From assembly GCA_947365915.1 (NCBI GenBank), contig CANAXT010000003.1, positions 1 through 61,370 of the forward strand: 61,370 nucleotides of DNA, written 5' to 3'. Shown piece by piece: positions 9,461 through 19,464 of this stretch. Made by a program: the position numbers and the translations under genes. This DNA is from an uncultured Mycoplasmatota bacterium. GTDB lineage: Bacteria > Bacillota_I > Bacilli_A > RF39 > UBA660. A model generated the notes under the pieces. The model was given only the letters and a program-made list of their open reading frames with translations. It did no database searches and was not told the origin of the DNA. Position 1 is the stretch's first letter. Every line of letters starts with the position of its first letter.

Positions 9461-11201
9461 TTCTTAATTCAATTCCTAGTTCTTTTAGTTGTGATTCATC
9501 TACTGTATTCGGTGCTTCACTCATTAAGTCTGATGCACTTGCTGTTTTTGGAAAGGCGATTACTTCTCTTATGTTTTCTGTTTTGGATAATAACATTGTT
9601 AAACGGTCTAGTCCAAAGGCAAGTCCTCCATGTGGTGGGGTTCCATATCCAAAGGCGTCTATGAAAAATCCAAATTTTCTTCTGGCTTCTTCTAATGTGA
9701 ATCCTAAGGCTTCAAACATTTTTTCTTGGGTTTTTGAGTTATGGATACGGATGCTTCCTCCTCCTGCTTCATATCCATTGATGACGATGTCATAGGCTTT
9801 TGCTTTACAGTGTGCTTTATCTGTCATTAGTTTTTCAATATCTTCTTCTAGAGGCGCGGTAAAGGGATGATGGCATGCTACATAACGGTTTTCTTCTTCG
9901 CTATATTCAAATACTGGAAAGTTTACTACCCAAAGTAGTTTGTAATCATCTGGATCAATTAGGTTTAAATCATGTCCTAATTTGACACGTAGGGCTCCCA
10001 TACTATTTTTGACAATATCTTTTTGATCAGCGATGATTAGTACTAAGTCATTATTTTCTAAGTTTAATGTTTGTTTTAGGTTTTCTTTTTCTTCTTCACT
10101 GATATTTTTGATGATACTTCCTTTTAGTTCTTCGTTTGTGTATTGTATATAAGCAAGTCCTGTTGCTTTGTATGTTTTTACGAATGTAGTCAGTTCATCT
10201 AGTTTTTTTCTAGAGTATTGGTCTACTGCGTTTTTGGCAACAATGGCATTAATGATTCCTCCATTTTTCATGACTGTCTGGAAAAGTCCAAATTCAGTGT
10301 TTTTGAAGATTGCAGTTAAGTCTTGTATTTTCATGTCAAAACGCATGTCTGGTTTGTCACTTCCATAGTTTTCGATGGCTTCTTGGTATTCCATTTTTAA
10401 AAGTGGTAATTCAATTTCAATTCCTTTTACTTTTTTAAATACATAAGCGATGAGACGTTCTGCTAGATCCATGACATCGTTTTGGTCTACAAAGCTCATT
10501 TCTAAGTCAATTTGGGTAAATTCTGGTTGACGATCTGCTCTTAAGTCTTCATCGCGAAAGCATTTAGCAATTTGATAGTATCGTTCCATTCCTCCTACCA
10601 TCAGTAGTTGTTTGAATAATTGTGGTGATTGTGGAAGTGCATAAAATCTTCCTTTGTTTACTCTGGATGGTACTAAGTAGTCTCTGGCTCCTTCTGGTGT
10701 GGATTTACAAAGAACAGGTGTTTCTACTTCTACAAAGTCTTGCTCGTCTAAGAATTCTCTAGTGGCTTTCATGATTTGGTGACGAGTGATTATGTTTTCT
10801 TTGAGATTGTTTCTTCTTAAATCTAGGTAACGATATTTTAATCTTGTGTCTTCTAGGGCTGTGGTGGTGTCACTAATTTCAAATGGTAGTTCTTTGGCGG
10901 TATTTAATATTTCTATTTCGGTTACTTCTAGTTCAATTTCTCCGGTATCCATGTTTGGGTTTTTGTTTTCTCGTTCTTTGATTTCTCCAGTTAAGGAAAC
11001 TACGTATTCATTTTTTAATGTTTCTGCTTGTTTGTAACACTCTTGTTCTGGTCTTACTAGGGCCTGTATGATTCCACTACGGTCTCTTAGGTCTAAAAAT
11101 AGTAGTCCTCCTAGATTTCTTTTTTTGTTAATCCATCCTTGTAGTGTTACTTGTTTATTTACGTCTTTTAGACGAAAGTCATTATTTCTATATTGTTTCA
11201 T
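9456..11201 (-). CDS. aspS: Aspartate--tRNA ligase
   Basis: 581 aa. Class II motifs ('FRDEDLRADRQPEFTQID', 'GGGSIRIH', 'HGGLAFGLDR'). Confidence 0.95.
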   Translation of the reverse strand: MKQYRNNDFRLKDVNKQVTLQGWINKKRNLGGLLFLDLRDRSGIIQALVRPEQECYKQAETLKNEYVVSLTGEIKERENKNPNMDTGEIELEVTEIEILNTAKELPFEISDTTTALEDTRLKYRYLDLRRNNLKENIITRHQIMKATREFLDEQDFVEVETPVLCKSTPEGARDYLVPSRVNKGRFYALPQSPQLFKQLLMVGGMERYYQIAKCFRDEDLRADRQPEFTQIDLEMSFVDQNDVMDLAERLIAYVFKKVKGIEIELPLLKMEYQEAIENYGSDKPDMRFDMKIQDLTAIFKNTEFGLFQTVMKNGGIINAIVAKNAVDQYSRKKLDELTTFVKTYKATGLAYIQYTNEELKGSIIKNISEEEKENLKQTLNLENNDLVLIIADQKDIVKNSMGALRVKLGHDLNLIDPDDYKLLWVVNFPVFEYSEEENRYVACHHPFTAPLEEDIEKLMTDKAHCKAKAYDIVINGYEAGGGSIRIHNSKTQEKMFEALGFTLEEARRKFGFFIDAFGYGTPPHGGLAFGLDRLTMLLSKTENIREVIAFPKTASASDLMSEAPNTVDESQLKELGIELRK

Positions 11202-12477
11202 GTATATCCTCCTCTATGTTTTGATCAAAAAATTGGATTAATTGTTCTTCTTTGATTTTGTATTCTTGTTTGGTTTGGTTGTTTTTTATGGTTAGTGTTT
11301 TGGTTTTGGTTTCTTCACTTCCAATTAGTATTACATATTTTGTTTGTAGTCGGTCTGCTTGTTTAAAGTTGCTTTTGATATTTCGGTTCATCATGTCTAT
11401 GTCTGTTATAAATCCATTCATTCTTAATGAAGTGGTGATTTCTAGGGCGTATGGTTTTATTGTTTCTTCTAATGGTATTACGTAAATATCGATTTCTTGA
11501 TTTTTTATGATATCTATTTTTTCATATTCTAGTGCTGTTAATAATCGTTCCATTCCAAGGGCAAATCCGACTCCTGGTGTTTTTGGTCCTCCTAGTGTTT
11601 CTACTAGTCCATCGTATCTTCCTCCACCGCATAATACATTCTGGCTTCCAAATCCTTCGACGTTTGCTTCTACTTCAAATACAGTATGAGTATAATAGTC
11701 TAATCCTCTTACTAGGTTTGGGTCTTCTATGTATGGTATTTGTAATGCTTCTAAGTATTTTTTTACGGCTTCATAGTGTTTTTTGCTTTCTTCGTTTAAG
11801 TAATCTTTTAGTTTTGGTGCATTTCTTAAAACGTCTTTGTCTTTATCTATTTTGCAGTCTAGGATTCTAAGTGGGTTTTTTTGGTACCGATTTTTGCAGT
11901 CTTCACATAAGGTTTCGATATGTGGTTCAAAGTATTCTAGTAATGCTTTTTTATAGTTTTTTCTAGATTCTTGATCTCCTAAGCTATTTAGATGTACTTT
12001 GATTCCTTTTAATCCAAGTAAGCGGAAAAACTGGACTGGAATGCTGATGATTTCGGCATCCATTATGGGGTCAGGGCTTCCAAATACTTCGACTCCCATT
12101 TGATAGAATTCACGGTATCTTCCTGATTGTGGTCGTTCATATCGGTACATTGGTCCTGTATACCAACATTTGACTGGACTGGATGCTCTTCCGTACATTT
12201 TATTTTCGATAAAACTTCTTACGATTCCAGCTGTTCCTTCTGGTCTCAGTGTCATGTTTCGGTTTCCTCTATCTATAAAGTCATAGGTTTCTTTTGTAAC
12301 AATGTCTGTGGAGTCGCCGACGCCTCTATGAAATAGTTCACTGGATTCAAATAGTGGTGTTCTCATGTATTCGTAGTTGTATTTTTCCATGAGGCAAGCA
12401 AATAGTTTTTCTAGGTATTGTATTTTTTTCCCTTGTATATCAAATACATCATAAGTTCCTTTTGGTTTTTGTATCAT
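11188..12477 (-). CDS. hisS: Histidine--tRNA ligase
   Basis: 429 aa with 'RPEGTAGIVR', 'YRYERPQSGRYREFYQ' and 'GGGRYDGL'. Overlaps aspS by 14 nt (operon). Confidence 0.95.
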   Translation of the reverse strand: MIQKPKGTYDVFDIQGKKIQYLEKLFACLMEKYNYEYMRTPLFESSELFHRGVGDSTDIVTKETYDFIDRGNRNMTLRPEGTAGIVRSFIENKMYGRASSPVKCWYTGPMYRYERPQSGRYREFYQMGVEVFGSPDPIMDAEIISIPVQFFRLLGLKGIKVHLNSLGDQESRKNYKKALLEYFEPHIETLCEDCKNRYQKNPLRILDCKIDKDKDVLRNAPKLKDYLNEESKKHYEAVKKYLEALQIPYIEDPNLVRGLDYYTHTVFEVEANVEGFGSQNVLCGGGRYDGLVETLGGPKTPGVGFALGMERLLTALEYEKIDIIKNQEIDIYVIPLEETIKPYALEITTSLRMNGFITDIDMMNRNIKSNFKQADRLQTKYVILIGSEETKTKTLTIKNNQTKQEYKIKEEQLIQFFDQNIEEDIHETI

Positions 12478-12493
12478 ATTCTCATTCCTTTCA

Positions 12494-12703
12494 AAAAACG
12501 TCCCTAAGTTTAAAACTTAAGGACGAAAGTATCGCGGTGCCACCTTATTTTATTGTATAAAACAATACGCTTGGTTCTTTTAACGCAAGAAGTACGGTTA
12601 TTTTACGTTTAGTGTCTTTCTAAAGTATCCTTCCGAATGTTTTCACCTTAATCATTCTCTCTTTGGGAAGTGATTTCTTTTTACTCTTCTAAACAAATAA
12701 TAT
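12494..12703 (-). promoter_or_regulatory. T-box leader of the hisS-aspS operon
   Basis: On the minus strand: AGAGA bulge, T-box sequence AAGGUGGCACCGCG (12533-12546), then a 13-bp terminator CGUCCUUAAGUUU/AAACUUAGGGACG plus U6 (12494-12526). The specifier region contains GACAC (12612-12616). Confidence 0.85.
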
Positions 12704-12709
12704 AGTTTT

Positions 12710-12738
12710 AGTATAGTACGATTTTTTGTTTTCGTCAA
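12710..12738 (-). promoter_or_regulatory. Promoter of the T-box/hisS-aspS transcript
   Basis: Minus strand reads TTGACG, 17 nt, TATACT. Confidence 0.5.
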
Positions 12739-12741
12739 GTT

Positions 12742-13566
12742 CTAAGCTGCTTTTTTTAATCCAAATAGTTCTAAAATTTTGGTTTTATTTTTCTCTGGTT
12801 CGGATTGATAGAATTGACCAAGATCTGTTTGTTGATCTATATAATTATGTGTCCTAGTTTGTTTAGGATTTTCTTGGTTTTGTGAGAAAAATCTACCATA
12901 TTCTCCCTGTTTATATAGTTCTGTTTCTTCTACTTCTATTTCATTTGGATGAATAATTTCTAGTACATCTGATGTGATGGTGCTTCTTGTTAGTCGCATA
13001 TGTGTATTTGTTCCATAACAAGCGAGATAGACTCCATTGATGCTTTCTTGTTCTACTTCTTTCATTTTAGATTCTAAGGCAACTAGTTTACAGTTATTTA
13101 TTCTTAAATTGCCATGTAGTGTTGATATTTTAATGCCTGTTTTCCCAATTAGTTCTGAGTTTTCATATGAGGTTGTTCCATAAGTTGATTGTAGTGTTAA
13201 TGAGGATAGGCTTTCTAGTTTATTTTTTTGAAATGATTGTACATCCGATGTGATAGAGATGCGTCCTAAGGCTTTTAATGTCGTTCCTTCTAACATTTTA
13301 AAGCATCCTCCATTAATAGAAAGTGATGTTAAGTTACTGGTGTCTACGTTTTCTCTGAATGTAACTTTTGGGGCATCTAAATAAATGGATTCACAGAATT
13401 TATTTTCGCTTAATAATTCAATTGTGTTGGTTCTAGAGTGAAATTTAAAGTTCATTAATGTACAATTTTTAAATAGAAATGTACAATGTTCATAATCTGT
13501 CATTTGAAAGGTTCCAAATAAGGTTTCATCATGAACAATGATTGTTTTTCCTAATACTTTTGACAT
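12742..13566 (-). CDS. Hypothetical protein (repetitive beta-rich)
   Basis: Long ORF. ATG at 13566 is preceded by TAGGGGGAA. No family recognised. Confidence 0.5.
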   Translation of the reverse strand: MSKVLGKTIIVHDETLFGTFQMTDYEHCTFLFKNCTLMNFKFHSRTNTIELLSENKFCESIYLDAPKVTFRENVDTSNLTSLSINGGCFKMLEGTTLKALGRISITSDVQSFQKNKLESLSSLTLQSTYGTTSYENSELIGKTGIKISTLHGNLRINNCKLVALESKMKEVEQESINGVYLACYGTNTHMRLTRSTITSDVLEIIHPNEIEVEETELYKQGEYGRFFSQNQENPKQTRTHNYIDQQTDLGQFYQSEPEKNKTKILELFGLKKAA

Positions 13567-13927
13567 ATATATTCCCCCTAACAAGTCCTATAAAAGACAT
13601 TATATTAATATAACACGTTTCTGTGTTTCTGTCAAAAGTTTTTTGATATTTTTTTCAGAAAAATTGGGTTCATTAGGAATGTCACTGAAAATTATTTTTA
13701 CGAAGGCAACTATGTCTTCATCATTGATTTCACTTTCAAAATTAAGACTTTGGACCATGGCTGAATAATGAACTCCTTTTTTAGCAATTGTGTTAATTCT
13801 TTTGTGAAAATGACATCTGCACTTTTTCATTTTTACTACATTCAATATAATACTTTTTAAATTTCTAACAGAAAAATCTTTTATATTTAATTTTTCAATA
13901 GAAAAACAAACCAATTTGTTTGCTTTT

Positions 13928-15949
13928 CTATTCTGTATAATCGCAAGCGCTACATTTGATTTTTTTATTTTTTTCTGTTAACATGCTTCCACATTCTGGG
14001 CATTTTTTTCCAGTTGGTAAGTCCCAATAAGCCGTTTTACAGGTTGGATAATTGTTACAACCATAGAATAGTTTACCTCGTTTGGTTTTTTTCTCGATGA
14101 TCATTCCATCACAGTTTGGACATTTGGTAATTTCTACAATTGCTTTGGGATCTGCTTTGATATATTTACATTCTGGAAAATTACTGCAGGCTGTAAAGCT
14201 TCCATATTTTCCTTTTCGAATGACAAGTGGATGACCACATTCTGGACAGTCTTCTCCTGTTTTTTCGGCCTCTTTTTTTGGCATTGCATCAAAAGCATGT
14301 TTCACACTTGGTTCAAATTGGTCATAAAAGTCTTTTAGTGTGTTATACCAAATGATTTTTCCATCAGCAATTTGGTCTAAATCTTCTTCCATTAGGGCTG
14401 TGTATTCTACGTTAATAAGATGGGAAAAGTATTCTTGTAATTTGTCTGTAATTTCAAATCCGATTTCGGTTGGTATGAATCGTTTGTCTACTACATTTAC
14501 ATATCCTCTAGTTTTTAAGGTTTCCATTGTGGTTGCATAAGTACTAGGTCTTCCAATTCCTAGTTCTTCCATTTCTTTGATGAGTTTTGCTTCTGAATAT
14601 CGTGCTGGTGGTTTGGTAAAGTGTTGTTCTTTTTCAATTTCGTCTGTTTCAAGTTCTTTTGTTTGATCTAGTGCTGGTAATAAGTGGTCTTTGGTATCTT
14701 CGTATTCTTTATACACTTTTAAGTATCCATCGAAAATAATCACTTGCCCTGTTGCCTTAAATTGGTAATTCTTATTGTCTAAAATAACAGTTGTATTATT
14801 GGTTTTGGCATCTGCCATAAGAGACGCTAAGGCACGATAATAAATTAGACGATACAGTTTATATTCATCGTTTGTTAAGTATGGTTTTAAGCTGATTGGA
14901 TCTCTATTAATGCTGGTTGGACGAATGGCTTCATGGGCATCTTGTACGTTTTCTTTTTTCTTTCCTTGTTTTACTTTTCCAATGTATTTTTCTCCATATT
15001 CTTGTTTTATATACCCCATTGTTTCTTTTACAAATTCATCTGAAAGTCTTATGGAGTCTGTACGCATATAGCTGATTAAACCAACTGTTTCATTTTCTAA
15101 TTTAATTCCTTCATATAGTTTTTGGGCAATGCTCATTGTTTTTTTTGAAGTCATTCCTAATTTTGAGGATGCTTCTTGTTGTAAGGTACTGGTTATAAAA
15201 GGAACTTTTGATGGTTTATTTTTGGTTTTTTGTTCTATATTTTCTATTTTGAATTGATTACTTAATTCTGATAAGATTTGATCGGCTTTTTCTTCGTTTG
15301 GTATTTCAATATCTTTATGGTTATACCAACATAGATCGGCTTCAAATTCTTCAAATTTAGCTGCAATGGTCCAGTATTCTTCTGGTTTAAAGGCTTCAAT
15401 TTCTCTTTCTCGATCCACTACTAGTTTTAAGGCAACGCTTTGAACTCTTCCAGCACTACTTCCATCGGTTTTTGATTGAATGAGTTTGCTTAAGCGAAAT
15501 CCAATAATACGGTCTAAGATTCTTCTGGCTTCTTGACTGTTGACTAAGTCTTGATCAATTTTTCTAGCGTGTTTTAAGGATTCTAAAACGGCATTTTTGG
15601 TAATTTCATTGAATACAATTCGATCGTATTTTTTTGGATTTAGTCCTAGGGCATCATAAAGGTGCCAGGCAATGGCTTCTCCTTCGCGATCGGGGTCGCT
15701 TGCTAGGTATACAAAGTCAGAGTCTTTCACTTCTTTTTTGAGTTCATCAATGAGTTTTTTCTTGCCTTTGATTGGAATATAGTCTGGTTTAAAGTTGTTT
15801 TCGATGTCAACTCCAAATCCATATTTTCCTTTGGTTGAAAGGTCTCTTACGTGTCCTTTACTGGAAACGACTTGGTAGTCTTTTCCTAAGTAGTTCGATA
15901 TGGTTGTTGCTTTATGTGGTGATTCGACGATTACTAATTTTTTTCCCAT
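13928..15949 (-). CDS. topA: DNA topoisomerase I
   Basis: 673 aa. TOPRIM 'LVIVESPHKA', 'SDPDREGEAI', and C-terminal CxxC zinc ribbons. Confidence 0.95.
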   Translation of the reverse strand: MGKKLVIVESPHKATTISNYLGKDYQVVSSKGHVRDLSTKGKYGFGVDIENNFKPDYIPIKGKKKLIDELKKEVKDSDFVYLASDPDREGEAIAWHLYDALGLNPKKYDRIVFNEITKNAVLESLKHARKIDQDLVNSQEARRILDRIIGFRLSKLIQSKTDGSSAGRVQSVALKLVVDREREIEAFKPEEYWTIAAKFEEFEADLCWYNHKDIEIPNEEKADQILSELSNQFKIENIEQKTKNKPSKVPFITSTLQQEASSKLGMTSKKTMSIAQKLYEGIKLENETVGLISYMRTDSIRLSDEFVKETMGYIKQEYGEKYIGKVKQGKKKENVQDAHEAIRPTSINRDPISLKPYLTNDEYKLYRLIYYRALASLMADAKTNNTTVILDNKNYQFKATGQVIIFDGYLKVYKEYEDTKDHLLPALDQTKELETDEIEKEQHFTKPPARYSEAKLIKEMEELGIGRPSTYATTMETLKTRGYVNVVDKRFIPTEIGFEITDKLQEYFSHLINVEYTALMEEDLDQIADGKIIWYNTLKDFYDQFEPSVKHAFDAMPKKEAEKTGEDCPECGHPLVIRKGKYGSFTACSNFPECKYIKADPKAIVEITKCPNCDGMIIEKKTKRGKLFYGCNNYPTCKTAYWDLPTGKKCPECGSMLTEKNKKIKCSACDYTE

Positions 15950-16008
15950 AGTTCACTTCCTTTATATCATTCTCATTTATACACTATTATTGAGGTATTG
16001 TCAACTTG

Positions 16009-16944
16009 TTAGGAAACTTTTCCGCATTTGCTTCCCCAAGATTCTATGAATTTGTGATCTTTATAGATTCTTAATATTTCACAGTGGTTGGAACATCCTT
16101 CACATTCTCTTCCTTTTGTTTCAAAGCTGATATCTAAAATTTTTAAGTTTTTCGGTGTTTTTGATTGTTTTTGGTGAGCCATTATGGCAATTCCTATGGC
16201 TCCCATTAGATGGCTATTAGGGTCTACAATGACTTCTGTTTTTAGTATTTCATTAAAATATTTTACGACTCCTTTGTTTTTACTAACTCCTCCTTGAAAG
16301 ACAATGGGTTCTTCTATTTTTTTTCCTTTTCCAACGTTGTTTAGGTAGTTTAGGACAACGCTTCTACATAGTCCTGCTATGATGTCTTCTTTTTGATATC
16401 CTACTTGGGCTTTATGAATTAAGTCTGATTCGGCAAATACTGTACATCGGGCTGCGATTTTAACAGGGTTTTTGGATTTTAGTGCGAGTGTTCCAAAGTC
16501 TTCAATTTCAACGCCTAGTCGTTTGGACTGACTGGAAAGGAATGATCCAGTTCCGGCTGCACAAAGTGTGTTCATGGCGTAGTCTGTAATAATACCATCT
16601 TTTAGTAAAATGATTTTGGAGTCTTGACCTCCTATTTCTAGTATGGTTCTTGCATTTTTATAAAATTGTGTGGTTCCTATGGCGTGAGCGGTAATTTCAT
16701 TTTTTACGACATCGGCGTCTACCATGAGTCCGATTAGTTTTCTAGCGCTTCCTGTTGTTCCAATTCCATAGATTGTTATGTCTTTTGTTTTATTTTGAAG
16801 TTCTTTTAATAGTCGTTTGACTGCTTCTATGGGGTTTCCTTCAGTCCATATGTAGCTAGATTCTAAGATCTGGTTATTTTCGTCTAGTATGACTCCTTTG
16901 GTAGAGATTGATCCAATGTCAATTCCTAGATATCCTTTTTTCAT
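16009..16944 (-). CDS. BadF/BadG/BcrA/BcrD-type ATPase (CoA-substrate-specific enzyme activase-like)
   Basis: 311 aa. Actin-like ATPase motifs 'LGIDIGSISTK' and 'GIGTTGSARK'. Cys-rich C-terminus 'CEGCSNHCE'. Confidence 0.8.
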   Translation of the reverse strand: MKKGYLGIDIGSISTKGVILDENNQILESSYIWTEGNPIEAVKRLLKELQNKTKDITIYGIGTTGSARKLIGLMVDADVVKNEITAHAIGTTQFYKNARTILEIGGQDSKIILLKDGIITDYAMNTLCAAGTGSFLSSQSKRLGVEIEDFGTLALKSKNPVKIAARCTVFAESDLIHKAQVGYQKEDIIAGLCRSVVLNYLNNVGKGKKIEEPIVFQGGVSKNKGVVKYFNEILKTEVIVDPNSHLMGAIGIAIMAHQKQSKTPKNLKILDISFETKGRECEGCSNHCEILRIYKDHKFIESWGSKCGKVS

Positions 16945-18013
16945 TTTTTTTCCTCATTTCTAACATGTCATAGAAGGCTTCTAGTCTGGTTTGGATTCCA
17001 ACTTCTGATGTATTTATGTCAAAGCTAAAAAAGATGATTGGTACTTGATAGTCAGCACAGACTTTGGTTAGTACTGGCATCGCTCCTATTTCTGGGGTGC
17101 AAAAGGATGATTTGATATGGATAATGCCGTCATATCCTTCAATACAAAGTTCTTTTGCTCTTCCAATGTTATCGGCAGCATCGGCTCCCATTTGATAGGT
17201 AATATATTCTGATGTGTTTTTTAGGTATTGTTTTATTTTTTTGTGTTTTTGAAATAAAAGGTAGGATACATCGGTATATCTTTTTATTTCTATATTCATG
17301 GATGCTAGGGTTCGTTCTAGTTCATAGTTGGAATATGGTTCCATGATGGTATAAAGTTCTCCTATGATTCCAATTTTTATGGTTTTATTTGGTTTGTTTG
17401 TTTTTATTTTTTGGAATTCTTTTTTATATTTTTTGTATAGGCGTCTTAGTTTTGTATGTGTTTTTACGTTTTCAAAGTCTTTTAGCATTTGCCATTTTAG
17501 TTTTTGGAAACTTCCTTTTTCTATTTCGAAACCGATATTGGCTCTTATATAGTGGTCAATATGATCCATGTATTGAATCATTTTTTTGGTGATGCTTCCA
17601 TAGTAGATGCCTTTTAGGATTGAAAATTTTGGGTCTATTTCTTTCATGATTTTGTAAATGCGTTTGATATCTGTTGTTCCTGCTGTTACAAGGTTATAGA
17701 GTTTGACATTGTATCCAAGGTCTTTGAGGATTTGTTCTTGTAATTCGGCGTAATATCCGTATCTACAACCTCCTCCAGCTTGGATTAGAATGTTTGCTCC
17801 TTCTTCGATTCCTTCGATCATGGTTCCTAAGGTATATTTGAAAGGTGTGCATACAAATTCTGGGCTATATTTGGTTCCTATTTCGATGGTTTTGGTGGTA
17901 ATGGGTTTTGGTTTTATGATTTTGTTTCTCACTATATGTGAAAGTAGAAAGTGTGCTGGTACTGCATAGTCTCCCATTTGGGGAAATGTAATACTATTTT
18001 GTGGTTTGTCCAA
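16919..18013 (-). CDS. Acyl-CoA dehydratase activase-related protein (2-hydroxyacyl-CoA dehydratase-like domain)
   Basis: 364 aa. Overlaps both neighbours (26 and 20 nt). Domain order is typical of split versions of the large activase-related proteins of Clostridia. Confidence 0.6.
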   Translation of the reverse strand: MDKPQNSITFPQMGDYAVPAHFLLSHIVRNKIIKPKPITTKTIEIGTKYSPEFVCTPFKYTLGTMIEGIEEGANILIQAGGGCRYGYYAELQEQILKDLGYNVKLYNLVTAGTTDIKRIYKIMKEIDPKFSILKGIYYGSITKKMIQYMDHIDHYIRANIGFEIEKGSFQKLKWQMLKDFENVKTHTKLRRLYKKYKKEFQKIKTNKPNKTIKIGIIGELYTIMEPYSNYELERTLASMNIEIKRYTDVSYLLFQKHKKIKQYLKNTSEYITYQMGADAADNIGRAKELCIEGYDGIIHIKSSFCTPEIGAMPVLTKVCADYQVPIIFFSFDINTSEVGIQTRLEAFYDMLEMRKKNEKRISRN

Positions 18014-18899
18014 GGATATCTATAAAGCTTTCTAGTCTTGTTTCTATTCCAGCACTTCCACTTTCTTCATCGATGATGAGATTTAAATGAGGGATTTTTA
18101 TTTTTCGAATCATGAGTTCATTGACTAGTGAGTCTGGTCCACATGGGAATGTGGTTAAAAATAAAATGCCATCGATTTTTTGTTTCCATTCTTCTATGGT
18201 TCCAATGAGTTCTTTATTATATTTCCAATATAGGTTTGGGGACAGTTTGGTACTATTTTGTATGGTTTTATGGTCTATTAGATATTCTCCATTGATATAT
18301 TCTACTTGCAAGTTTTTGAGTATTTCTTTGATTGTTTTTCCAATATAAGGATCTTCTAAGTTGTAGGGATGGCTAATGATTAGGAGTTTGGGGTTATTGC
18401 TTTCTAGTTTTTTCATTTCGTTTTTTCGTTTTTGTTTTCTTTGTTTTTCTTCTTTTTGTTTACTGTTTTGGTATGCGAGTATGGATTGTTCTTTTCCTTT
18501 TCCTAGGGCGAGTCCAAGTTTTATAAATGCGTTTTGTTCTGTTTGATGGTGTGCTTCGTCTATGTTATAGGTTAATAGTTTGTTTGTAAATAGATTTGAT
18601 ACGATATCGAAGAGTCCTAAAAAGTTGGTACAGGTTTGTTCGTATGTTCCATAGTTGTCTATTCTAGGAACTAGGATATAGTCACATCTTGATTCTAAGT
18701 AAGAGACATGTCCAAGGTAAATTTTTAATGAAAGGCACATTTCGTCGTTGGCGATTTTTTTGCCTCGTTCTAGTGTTTCGTTTGTTGTTTCTGGACTGAT
18801 AATGATAGTGCATCCGAGTTCTTCTAGGAAGGTTTTCCATAGGTCTTTATAGTAGTAATAGTGTAAGGCTCTTGGAATTCCAATTTTGATCTTGTCCAT
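17994..18899 (-). CDS. Acyl-CoA dehydratase activase-related protein (DUF2229-like)
   Basis: 301 aa. First gene of the three-gene overlapping unit. Confidence 0.55.
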   Translation of the reverse strand: MDKIKIGIPRALHYYYYKDLWKTFLEELGCTIIISPETTNETLERGKKIANDEMCLSLKIYLGHVSYLESRCDYILVPRIDNYGTYEQTCTNFLGLFDIVSNLFTNKLLTYNIDEAHHQTEQNAFIKLGLALGKGKEQSILAYQNSKQKEEKQRKQKRKNEMKKLESNNPKLLIISHPYNLEDPYIGKTIKEILKNLQVEYINGEYLIDHKTIQNSTKLSPNLYWKYNKELIGTIEEWKQKIDGILFLTTFPCGPDSLVNELMIRKIKIPHLNLIIDEESGSAGIETRLESFIDILGQTTK

Positions 18900-18984
18900 A
18901 ATATCACCTAGATTTATTGTATGTTTTGGTTTTGTTATTATGAATAATTCTTTTTATATTGTTCATATTAATATGGGTGATGTC

Positions 18985-19140
18985 ATGGAGAAACAAACAA
19001 TTCATTGTTCTGTTCACAATTGTGATTTTTGTGATGTACTAGAGGATTGTTGCTGCTTAAAGGAAATTAAGGTGTGCAATTGTGATAGTGATCATGAAAG
19101 GGAATCAACGATGTGTGACAGTTTTAGAGAGAAAAAATAA
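18985..19140 (+). CDS. DUF1540-like Cys-rich small protein
   Basis: 51 aa starting 'MEKQTIHCSVHNCDFC...'. Multiple Cys/His residues. Internal ATG preceded by GGGTGA. One of the few plus-strand genes. Confidence 0.6.
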   Translation: MEKQTIHCSVHNCDFCDVLEDCCCLKEIKVCNCDSDHERESTMCDSFREKK

Positions 19141-19158
19141 AGCGTTCTATGTGGCGCT

Positions 19159-19464
19159 TTATTTGATTTCACTAATGCTTTTTAGGTCTTTTATTTTTAG
19201 ATATTGTTTGATTGTTTGTTTTCTATTATGGTATTCAAATATAAACCATTTGTCGTCATAGTCGGTTATTTCTCCTATGATTTCACTAAATAAGTAGGAG
19301 TCTTCTACGTTTTCGTTGTTTAATGTGATATAGACTTTTTTGTTTTGATAATGACTGAGGTCTATTTTTTTGTTGTTTTCTTTTGTTTCTATTTTTAGTT
19401 TGTCATTGATGTCTAAAAGGGTTAATAATATGGCAATGTTTAATATGATGATTACTATGTTCAA
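19159..19464 (-). CDS. Small membrane-anchored protein; its C-terminal domain is shared with the upstream HTH protein
   Basis: 101 aa with an N-terminal TM helix. 4-nt overlap with 19461-19889. The C-terminal ~55 aa align by eye with the C-terminus of the 142-aa HTH protein. Confidence 0.55.
   Translation of the reverse strand: MNIVIIILNIAILLTLLDINDKLKIETKENNKKIDLSHYQNKKVYITLNNENVEDSYLFSEIIGEITDYDDKWFIFEYHNRKQTIKQYLKIKDLKSISEIK

Noticed and set aside
13600-13914. 104-aa minus-strand ORF between topA and the 274-aa hypothetical gene
   Set aside because: Its 5' part overlaps the topA terminator hairpin. The internal ATG (13830, 'MKKCRCHFHKR') has only a weak RBS, and no family is recognisable. 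Coding status is undecided, so it is not listed as a feature.
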